Notes under the pieces: model-generated | What the model was told of the DNA's origin: nothing | Databases searched by the model: none | Seen by the model: only the letters and a program-made list of their open reading frames with translations | Shown: positions 53,291 to 64,000 of the stretch, one piece after another | How the letters are laid out: every line of letters begins with the position of its first letter | Numbering within the stretch: the first letter of the stretch is position 1 | NCBI RefSeq assembly: GCF_964355755.1 | Contig: NC_092676.1 | Span: 811,788-875,787 of the forward strand | From: Antedon mediterranea | Taxonomy: Eukaryota; Animalia; Echinodermata | Direction of reading: 5' to 3' | DNA length: 64,000 nt | Position numbers and translations under genes: made by a program

Positions 53291-54500
53291 GATACGTATT
53301 TAATAGTTCAATAGAGCTTTCTTCTAATATCACAACAATTCTTCTTCAAATCTTTGGATTTTTAATCTAATTTAAACACAAAACAATTTTCTAGGATGAA
53401 TTTGATATTCGGAATTTAAACCAAAAATGTCGACAGATATAAGAACGAACCTTCATGGTCTTGTATGATTGGCATCGTGTTATTGAATTAGTAAACTAAG
53501 CCTAGCACTTTAAACGAGTTTCAGAAAATTGTTTTTCAAATACAACATACTTTTCTATACGTTAATTTCCTTCGTATTTTTCCCATGAGATGAAAAAGGC
53601 TGCAATTTCTCGTCTGAGAATGGTATTAATTGCACAGTGCAATGTTACATAAAGAAAAGATGTTAGCTAGTGGATCGATATAAAGTACTTACTTAAGTAC
53701 TTACTTGATCGGTCACCATTCGACATTCATTAGTGTCTCAATTAACCTTAAAATGTATTTATTTTGTTATATCGGAATTAGATTAACGTAATAACATCCA
53801 AATGAATAAAGAGTGGTCATACGCACCCACACGTACGCACGTTAATAAATATTTAACTGAATTTATTAAGATCGTTATAATGAATATGCCTACAGCAATA
53901 CTTTCACGAAACGTCATTTCCACGATACGTTTAAATCTCCCTGACTACTAACGGGGTATAACTAATGCATTGCAATGTACCATTAGGATTGGCCGCTGGA
54001 TATTCATTTACATAACTTGAATTATGACCAATGTCTTTTAGATCATAAAACGAAACGCGATGAATAATTGTAAATCCAAAATTTACTTTATGAGACGGTG
54101 ATGATTTTTAAACATTTTTATGATTATCGGTTTTTTGGTAAATTGATATAGATGATGATAGACCATGAGGTGAATTTAACCATTCATTTTTTCATTTCAT
54201 TTTAGGACGACAAACTCACCAGTCGAAGCCCTTTCCACCTTTAAGTTATATATCAAGAATATAATTCAATAAAGAGCATTTAAGTAAAGTTAAATGTCAC
54301 CAATTAGAATGACAAGTAAGTAATTAGTAGATACAACACACGGGGTGAACAACCATCTATCTTTCGCATCCCTAACTCCACTGATGACATTTGCAATAAA
54401 AACTGAAATTGGAGTTTTCCTTTCATATTCTGAAATTGTGAGATAATTATCAAAAGTGCCGCGGTACAGTAGTAATTTGCTTTATATACACATTTCTACA

Positions 54501-54815
54501 AGCTTGATTTCTATTTGGACGCAACGTAAAGCTTGGTTCCCACTAGGACGTAACGCAAGGACGTAAACGCAACGCAAGCGAGTTGACCAATGACAAGCGA
54601 CAGTTTGAATAATCCATCGCATGTGATTGGACGTTGCGTTACGTCCTTGTGTTGCGTCCCTAGTGGAAACCAAGCATTAGGACGGCGAGAGCGCAGCGCA
54701 ATGTGTCGACTAACAACCACGACGCGATGGATCACCCGAATTGTCACGTGCCATTGGTCAACTCACCTACGTTGTGCCTACGTCATTGCGTCGCGTCACA
54801 AGTGGGGACCAAGCT
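54501..54815. mobile_element. Younger MITE B (54530-~54677) nested inside an older MITE B-related copy
   Basis: Outer ends AGCTTGATTTC.. and ..GGGGACCAAGCT; inner copy has both TIRs and is flanked by TAA/TTA. Confidence 0.8.
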
Positions 54816-56214
54816 TTAATCTTCATTCAATTTTCCCTTCCTTTTCTGTAATCTGATTTCTTTTCTATTTTTCTCATAATGTTATGTCTGTGCAAAACCT
54901 CCGTGTAATTTGAAATGGCGAAATAAAATATGGCCAAATGATATATGATATGTAATGGTACAATATGATACGAAAAATATACGAAAGAAAGTTTATTATA
55001 TTCAATTCAATTAAATTTAGCAGAATATTTATATCTTTTTTTCATACAAAAACCAGTATCAGCCATATTGAAAAAGTATTCGTTTCACTTTCATGCTGAA
55101 ATTATTTCGTTTAAAAATAATTATTTGGATGTTGTCAAACAGGTAAAGGTGTGTTTTTAATTATCAAGGTAAATTATGAGGTGGTGCGATCCTTGGAGCG
55201 AAACCCGAGGCCCGATCAGTAAACCCGGTCAAGCACGCAGGAGCAATAGCCCAGGTGTTGGAGCACGAAAGGCACAAGGTCTTGTCTAACACCAACATCC
55301 GCTTTCCTAGCAGGGGGAAGTAAATAGTATTCAGTGGCCCCATTTATCAAGATTTTATTCAACAATTCTGTATTTTGTCAGAGTTATTAAAGTTTGTCCG
55401 CAATCACCACGATAATCTTTTCCTGGTTTGTGCTGGAATCAACGTGGGTTCGGCGGAACCTTTTAAAGTGCAGTACAATTATGATATTACAGAACCGCAG
55501 AATGTATTAATATTATAATATACGTTACCAAGGACCCTGGATGTGGGTGTGTCTAATATACCGCCCTCTAAGTGACGCGCGAATTTGTATCATTCTCAAA
55601 TGTATAATGATATATATATACATTAATAATATAAAAGAGGTACTCTCCCTTTAAAGCAACTAGAAATATTGTTGTAGGCAATAATTAAAGAGAAACAATT
55701 ATTTTTGATTGAAACATGAATCCAAACTTCCCAAAACCTGCTTGTTTACGCGACGTGCCTGGTCAACGGGTCAGTTGTGGCGATCAACACGTCACATCAT
55801 TTGTTACGCTATAAGTGTTGATCTTGGTGGGTGGTCGCGTTAATTACTTCAATCACAAAATGAAGAACAAATCAGTAATTCATTTTCAAACGTTAAACTT
55901 GATAATGAACATAATTGGATGCTGACTGGGGACCACACAACAGGCGAATAGCGCGCCAACCAGCAGACTAGAAAACCGCATGTAACACTATAACTGTATT
56001 CCTGAACGGAATGTTTTAACGAGGTATGTTATGACATGAATTAAGAACATATTAAATGACGGCTTTTCTCGCACTTTCTGAATAATTGTCTATAAATTGT
56101 GTACAGTGTTGTAAACCATAAACGCGTTTTTGTTTGTAACGCGATGCACTGCGCGTGCGCAATTCAAGCGCAAAAAAGGTCATTTTTATCCGATCTTTGA
56201 TAAAAACGTACTTA

Positions 56215-56331
56215 AGCTCTGTCTACACTATAAAAAAAAAGTGTGATGTGCTCAAATACGGTAGTGATAAGGCCATGTATGGGCACATCACTTTTCTTTG
56301 TCACATAAAGTTTGATAGTGTAGACAGAGCT
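56215..56331. mobile_element. Internally deleted MITE family A
   Basis: Both TIRs present, 117 bp. Confidence 0.9.
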
Positions 56332-56932
56332 GCTTTAGATCAATAATAATATACGATACGATTGACCACGTAAACATGTGTGTACTTTCAAACATAATAT
56401 TATGGAAGTTGTAAAACCATATTGCTGTCATTTAAATGTATATAAAAGTCAACATTAAAGTGCAAATCTCATTTAATCATTCGTTTAAATAAATTTACCA
56501 ATTATTCCATCCATTTCTGCATTAACCTAAGCTGACTACCGGATACACGTTATTGGTCTACAGACATACAAATGAGTGTCTGCCATTTAACAACCTATTA
56601 CAAATACTATTTTAAGTCTACTTTGTGGTCTCACTTGCATATGTTTATGATTTTCAAATTTTATATTTCATTTTATGTCAGACAAAGTCACAAGTTACAA
56701 TTAAAATCCTTCAGTTTGCATCCTCAACAACACCCGGTATAATTCAATTTGGTTCCTGTCTGACAGAATTCATGATGTACTAATGTCATCCGATTGTGCA
56801 GACAGTTTGACAGTACCTCCATGTTTTGACGAAACGGCAACACAAAGGAAAACTCGCCTGCTAGACCATTCCGTCATTTGAGTCTATAGTCTAGCGGAAC
56901 GATAAAAATCCTGAGAAACATGAAATGTATAC

Positions 56933-57060
56933 GTTTGGTTTCCACTATGAACGTTACGTAGGACGTAACGTATGACGTATGGGGCAACCTAAGTAATTTG
57001 ACCAATGATAAGCGATAGATTATCCAAACTGTCGCCTACCAACATAGCTTGCTTTGCGTC
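56933..57060. mobile_element. Degenerate MITE family B copy
   Basis: TTGGTTTCCACTATGAACG...TTGACCAATGATAAGCGA. Confidence 0.65.
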
Positions 57061-57834
57061 CTGCTACTGTTCATTTTTAACTAATTTCGTATTCCGTACA
57101 AACGTATGTGTGTTGCCGAAAAAACATAACGTAGTCCAACGTTCCAACCAGCCACTGAACTGAATACGGGCTCCATGTGAACAACGAGATTGAATTATAA
57201 CCATATGAGAAAACAAACACATTTTATCTAAAAGAAACCGACAACAAAAATTGGAGTTTCCACACAAAATTCTACTGACATAGAACTTTAAATAAATGTA
57301 GATATGTAAAGATCAGAATGAGTGTGTGTTGTTGTGGGTAACGTATTCATCACAGAATAACGCTTGAAAACATGCGCCGTAGGCGTTTATCAACATACCT
57401 GTTTTCAAAGGTGAGAAAAGTTTGTGGTGAAGAAAGTTGCTTTAGGGGTTGGAATTAAATCAGAAAAACATGGTGTTGCAGAAAAGAACACCCATGAGTT
57501 GAAATGAACAACTAGTAACAAATTGATTATAACTGCCATAATAATTTTGTTTCATAAAGAAATGGTCTATGAGAGTCGCCAACCTATCTGTCTTCTAAAT
57601 TAGATGCTGTATCCATTTAAGTTCATTTATAATGTAAGTGATTGTCACACGTTAAAGTATTTAAAAAAAGATATGTTTACATGTAGGCCAACTTTGACAG
57701 CGATTTTGTCGCAAAAGCATGTCGTCCTCGTTTTAACAATGAATAAATAATATGATATAGAACAGTATGCGTTCTTTATGATATACAGTCCAAAATATTA
57801 AAATGAGTCGCATTGTAATTAAAGTGGAATACGT

Positions 57835-58165
57835 TGATGTTTTGTGTTAAATGTCTATAGATACTTTGTAATGTTTTTTTGCTGAATGTCTATAGACACT
57901 TTCCTGTTTTGTATTAAATGTATATATAAACTTTTTAATTGTTGTCTTGAATGTCTATATATACATGATACTGTTTTGTGTTAAATGTCTATATAGACTT
58001 TAGGCCTATAATATTAATTTTGTGTTGAATGTCTATATATACTATAGATACTTTTTATTTTCTTGTCTTGAATGTCTATATACTGTTTTGTGTTTAATGT
58101 CTATAGATACTTTATAATGTTTTGAGTCTAATGCCTATGTATATTTTGTAATGTCTAAATGTTTT
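57835..58165. repeat. Degenerate AT-rich minisatellite (~30-50-bp units)
   Basis: Recurrent TTTTGTGTTAAATGTCTATAGATACT. Confidence 0.85.
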
Positions 58166-59474
58166 AATATTCAATGTTCCTTCTGTGTTATATTATCCAA
58201 TTACATATATATTAACAACAACCAATATTAAATGCAGATTAAGAATATTAAAAACATAAAACAATCCTAGTCAGATAAATGCCACGTGGTCTTTAAACGG
58301 GTTTAAAATACTCTTTACCAAAGATCGCCGTCTGCATTATTTCATAGCTGGCTGGGGTTGAAATAAGTACGGCAGGAAATCTTAACTTAAGTAGCTTGTT
58401 TTTTCTTAAAATCAAGCACATTTTATTAGATTAAATGTGTTGTATATCATTCCACACCGACATCTTCTAAAAGCCCTAATAGCAACGGACGCACACAGAA
58501 TGTATAAGCATTGGTTTGTTACCGTTGGACAGGTCATGCTGTGCATAGACGTATCTCTTTCGCCTACGAGGAAGTCAGCCCTGACGTTTATTGATCCACA
58601 TTGCCTATAATAAGATTATCAGTTTCAGATTTTGTCAACATCAAAATCACGTCCAGCTTAGGTAGCTAGTAGGCCTATCATTTCTCTTCGTTTATCAGTA
58701 TGCATAGAGAGACGTACACAAACTTGTTATCGTTATGAAAATTGAACGTGCGCGAATCACGTATGTGCGCATCACGCGTGCGCGCACCACATTGTACCTT
58801 TTTTTTGTAGATGGTGTTTCCATAATGTACATGACATGCGCATAGTCTACCGATGATCAAATTGCATTAAGCTAATAACATGACTATTGGGTAATACATA
58901 GAATTACTGCTGCTAATTCTACCCAATTTAGCTAGTACTATTGATTAACCTGTCTACTCCGTTCACTGCATGATTGTGTCTATTTCTCTGTAAATCTGTA
59001 ATGCTCGTTTTAACCACCGATCGATAAAATTGTTTCGCTTTAAAAGCCTTTACCATAGTTGATATCAATAAAAACACACGGTACAGACTGTAAAACGGTA
59101 TACGCTATATTAGGTATATGGATATGTAATTTAGCCAGTGTGTTAACATCTCATTTAAAATGTACAACGTTTTATAAAATTGTGGATTGCGTAGCCAACA
59201 TACTGTATAGGCATAATATATATGAATATGATAATTATTAATCAGGCCTCACCCAACAGGCTGGCGTCCGGAATATATAAGTTTGAGGAAGGATAGGAGG
59301 GGATGTTGTTGACTTTTAATTATCAAAACGTCGACACAAACAAAATAGTAAAGGAAATCGTAAAAATAAGATTTTCGGGTTCAACAGTAATAACAATCAA
59401 AATTTGTGTTAACAGACAGTTCATAACGTGCTAGTTACATTCTGTTAAATCTTAAAGTCCAGTTTTCATAGTTC

Positions 59475-59745
59475 AGCTTGCTTCCCCATATAGGACGCAA
59501 CGCAACGGCGCAATGAGTTGACTAATCACAAGCGACACAGATCCACCGGGCCGTGATTGGTCAAAATATTGCAATGCACGTACGTCGTTGCGTTGCGTCT
59601 ATAGTTGACGCAACGCAAGTACGTACGTGCAACGAAAGCGAATTGACCACAGTTCGAGTAATCCATCGGTTGTGATTGGTAAAATCACTTACGTAGCGTT
59701 GTGTTGCGTCGCTAGCGGAAACCAAGCTTAATTGGGAACCAATCT
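59475..59745. mobile_element. Adjacent/nested MITE family B copies
   Basis: AGCTTGCTTCCCC..GGACGCAACGCAA, two GTGATTGGT cores, and right TIRs GCGGAAACCAAGCT|TAA and GGGAACCAA. Confidence 0.78.
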
Positions 59746-61344
59746 TCAAGATATACCATAATGTTATACACATTCTTACTAGTGCAGCAGTCAAACATGA
59801 ATGATCGTCATCCACACATTTGCTAATCACTATCAATTATTGTGCCACACGAATTAACTCAATGGCGACTTTGTCTCTTTATCTCAGTTATTAATACGTT
59901 CCTAAAGAACACCAGACAATCTTCATCATCATTTGCAATGATCAATAGAAGTACTTAGGTGTATACTTTACAGTGTTGTTTACAAAAGACTTATTAAAAT
60001 CTGTTATTAATACTGCCACTAATACTCTACTATAAATTGCCTTATTAAAATACAAGGACATCGCCCTCTCACGCTTCTTAACGTCAGACAGAGAATTAAA
60101 AGTTAGAATAACATAGGTGGCAGCACAACTAACAAATAAAGATAAAATGGGAAACAACAGCTTCCAAAGAAAACTAAGATTCATCATCAGTTAATTCAAT
60201 CAGTATAATACAGTTAAAAGTAGGAATACTTCGCATATTACGCTGTACAGTTGTTATATACTCCCTATAAAACTGTATATTCAAAATCATCGTCATTTTG
60301 CAGTAGATTCAACATATAGGACCAAGATGTCCTTTTAGTAAATTGATTTGATTGATTTGTATGATATAAATAAATCAACTAAACATATACATTTAAAGAA
60401 CCAATAAGGTATTAGTATAAGGTAATTAGTAGGGGGCTTTTTATCTAATTCAAATTAAAGAAATAAGAAAAGAGAATGTTTCTCTCGAATTTGAAATGTT
60501 TATCAATTAAACTGTCGCCCTCTAATGGCAGTGAAACTTTTACAGACGGATAGGTGGCAGCATATTAAATTTAAAAACGTGTGGCAGACAAAGAAGTGTG
60601 TAACCAAGACAACACTGATCCTAACTGAGATAAGTCGATAAATAACACAAACTTCAAATTAATATGTAGGCCTAATTAATAATAGTTGCTTGTTTTTGTC
60701 AAGGTACTCGGGTATGTCTACTGTACTTACCAGACCGTTAAAAATGGTAGTGTTTATTTTAATAACTATAGGTCTAGCTAGTTACTTTCATTATTTGCGA
60801 GAAATAATATTTTTATCTACTTTTTGTGAGGCGGAACATGCGTCCCAATCAAGGGGTTAGGGATATATGTTTCCAGTGGACTGGCCTTACGCGCTATAAA
60901 TAATTATAAGTTTTAAATCTTTTAAAGATACGTGCGGAGATTCACGAAATTCGGTGGATCCTCCGTGACAAAACAGGGAGAGACATCCGGAGCCCAACTG
61001 TACAAACGTTTGTTATTCTGATCAAATTGCCTAAAATTACTTTTTATTAGCATTCAATAAATTATTGGCAGTATACTGAAGTTCAATGGGAAGTCATTAG
61101 GTATAGTGATAATAGAGTTGAAAGAGAGGTATAGCGGAACAATAAACACTCATCTCGTTTATCTACAATGTATCAGCGAAATTATGTTTATGAAAATTAG
61201 CTATTATTCACAGGAAGTTTATAAATATGAACTAATTAAGTACAATAAATGTATGGGTGGATATTAATATTGTTGTAAATCAGATTTATTAATATCCGCT
61301 AGGACGTACCCAAATTCAAATAATTTAGACCCATTCAATATCTA

Positions 61345-61416
61345 ACATTCTGTCGCTTGTGATTGGTCAACTTTACTTGCGCTTAAAATCCTTGTATATT
61401 GCATTGGGAACCAAGA
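61345..61416. mobile_element. MITE family B right half
   Basis: CTGTCGCTTGTGATTGGTCAAC...GGGAACCAAG. Confidence 0.65.
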
Positions 61417-62804
61417 TGAGTTTTTGCTAAGGGATGAATATACATAAACTATGTATAGTTTGTTTTAACCTTTGTCAAAATTAAGCCACGATATAACTAG
61501 CTGGATGAATGACAATAGCCATATCCATTAAAATAAATACACTTATTTATTCACAGTAAAACAACAAACAATAACTAGTTTAAAAACTATTTATTGTTTA
61601 AAAACAATCTAAAACTTACATGAATTTATTGCGATTATTACAAGCTCGACTTACATAATGTAGTCTTAAAAGATTAATACAGTATTTATGGTGTCTTTGA
61701 ATTGAAGGTTTTAGTTGTTACTAGGATCTAATATTACAATGTGACAAATCATAAGCTATCACGTGTGCTGAACATAGACTGTAAGCATTATAACTGATGT
61801 GAAGGTTTAATGCCTTATTGGAGGAAAAGTGTGTAATTATACACACATAGCTCGAATTGTGTTATAACTCGATAATAATACGGTATAGAAACAAGTAAGT
61901 AGATTAACAATATAGAGTCATATAAATACCAGTGTAACAAGAAATTGCGTGTTGTCACAGATAGAGATGACAGCTGCCAGGGAGGTGTCCTCCTATCCAC
62001 TTCTGGTTCGAATCTCTACGGGGTGTTGTGTACTTATACGTTTCCTGAGCTAGGCTAGACCAGAATTGTTCTGAAGCGATTAGAACTCGTTAGCCGTCCC
62101 AACAGGGACGCTTTTAAGCCGAATACTAATCCCGTGGCTCCAGCCATATATTTAGAAAGTATATTTCTAGTTAAGTATGAACAAGTAGGATATATGAGTG
62201 TTGGTTTAATAAGTTTAATCATCAATTATTATTCTTTCTCAATGCGTAGGTACAACGTGCTGAGAGAAATTATATACTAATGTAGGCCTTAATAACATTA
62301 CAATAATTATTTCTCAATAGTAATCTGCAATGCGATTTTGACTGCTCATGCGTATCCGTCAAAAGTCAATGTCTTCATTACGATTAAATACGCACTTTTC
62401 GCGCTTCATTGCACGTACTCTGTGGCGTTCCATACATTTTCTTATTAATTTAAATTACAAAATATTTATAGTAGGTCTATTTCTATGCAATCATATCTAT
62501 TATAAATGTTTATCATCATAACAGACATAAACCAGTTTCAACCTTTTGAAGTATCGTCTTTAGGGAACAAACTTAATATCTTAAGTCCTGGTATTCCAAA
62601 TAGGTATATGGAAAATTAATTTAGTACCCTTCAAGAAAGATCAAAGAAAACGCCAGTGCATCCGATACTTCATAGATAGAATAACACATCTCACTTCACC
62701 GTAAAGAAGGCATATATCAATAGAGTAAACATGTGTGGAGAGTCTCTCTTGAATTCATTCACTAATTCTATATAAACCAAGCGTAGAATCTTCAAGGATT
62801 CTAA

Positions 62805-62955
62805 AGCTCTGTCTACACTCTTAAACTTTATGTAATGTGTCCATATATGGACATGGTGATGTCATATCACTACCATATTTGAGCATATCATCACTGTCAT
62901 ATTTGGGCACATCACACTTGTTTTGTCAAACTAGTTTGATAGTGTAGACAAGGCT
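62805..62955. mobile_element. Full-length MITE family A
   Basis: Both TIRs present; flanks TAA/TTA. Confidence 0.9.
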
Positions 62956-64000
62956 TTAAACTGGTTGCACGATCAGTGTACAATTCATAGTTGATATCAA
63001 TTTAATGTATAGTACGTCAAGATCGTCATAAGTCTCATTAAAAATTAGAAATGCAGAATAAAAAAAAAGGTAGAGCTCAAATGGACATCTTTATTGTGGA
63101 AACGAAACACAGAGGGAAGTCTAAAAAACAAGTTAGATGAAAACTGTTTTAAGAGACCACAAATAAAAACATAAATTGGAAAAGAGCAGAACAGATGACA
63201 GAATCCGGGATGAAAAGGATAAAAACTACAATAAAATAATATTGTTAATCTATAAAAGATATGTTATAACTTTCTATATTCGACAACTTATGTTGAACCA
63301 TTTGACATAAAGTTAAAAGTATGTCCAGAGTTGAATTCATATACGTAGTAATATTATTTAAACGTGAAGTTATTGATGTTTGCTGCTCGTATTACTACAC
63401 TTTTTTTAACAGTTTAGTATATGCATAAAATGTAATTAAACACACAGACGATATTGCCATATTTTAATAATATTTTGAACAAATGGAAATAATACATAAT
63501 ATTTCTAGGCGAGACATCATTGCGTAAAATGTCTGGACAGTGAACCTACCCGCCTTCCTTCGGGAACAACTAATGTAATATCCGATAGATGTTACAAGGG
63601 GCTCACGGGCCTAGACTGATATTACAAGTTTACAACATTAAGGCCTCATCTATTTAAAGTGTAAATTAATCAATCATTTCATGGCAGACATACTTAATAC
63701 TTTTGTTTACATGTTGTATGACTTTTCTTTTTTTTTTATTGTAATGCGTAATAACGAATCGCGTTTTAAGAATGTGCGTCGCTAAGCAAAAGAGATGTTC
63801 AAATCATGTTACCGCTACAGCGTAAAGTCTGTCTCACTCATGATAAGTGTGAATTGTATATTTTGATTTTACTAATACAATAAATATGCAATACATGCTG
63901 ATTATTCAAAACTTATTATTTAATAATTAACTATTTCTATATCTTAATGATTGTCCTCGTCCTCGTTGTTCGTCTATTTTAATTACTCACATATTTTCAA

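Noticed and set aside
54374-54418. Hammerhead-like CTGATGA...GAAA flanked by AACTCCA/TGGAGTT
   Set aside because: No stem II pairing and no stem III or NUH cleavage site, so the topology does not fit.
62005-62020. B-box-like GGTTCGAATC
   Set aside because: No A box or tRNA fold upstream.

Overview
AT-rich, repeat-dense animal genomic DNA. An invertebrate, probably a marine deuterostome such as an echinoderm, is inferred from the Ig-protein style and repeat landscape, not proven. One convincing protein-coding gene is present: an intronless type I membrane receptor (ATG 28108 to stop 30018) with a signal peptide, 3 Ig domains, a ~280-aa Ser/Thr mucin-like stalk, a TM helix and a 14-aa tail. 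There is also a young 5'-truncated CR1/L2-group LINE (48701-50150). The rest is mostly non-autonomous DNA transposons: two abundant PIF/Harbinger-type MITE families, a triple nest (MITE > Harbinger derivative with a Myb/SANT pseudo-ORF > MULE-like foldback), a P/hAT-like element with an 8-bp TSD and an ISL2EU-like element with an AT TSD. Many minisatellites are present and explain most of the spurious ORFs in the track. Weaker leads are a 4-exon micro-gene, an isolated 41-bp exon, a GC-rich multi-hairpin segment and several degenerate coding-like islands. No CRISPR array, rRNA or tRNA gene is supported, and no clearly new multi-gene system could be demonstrated.
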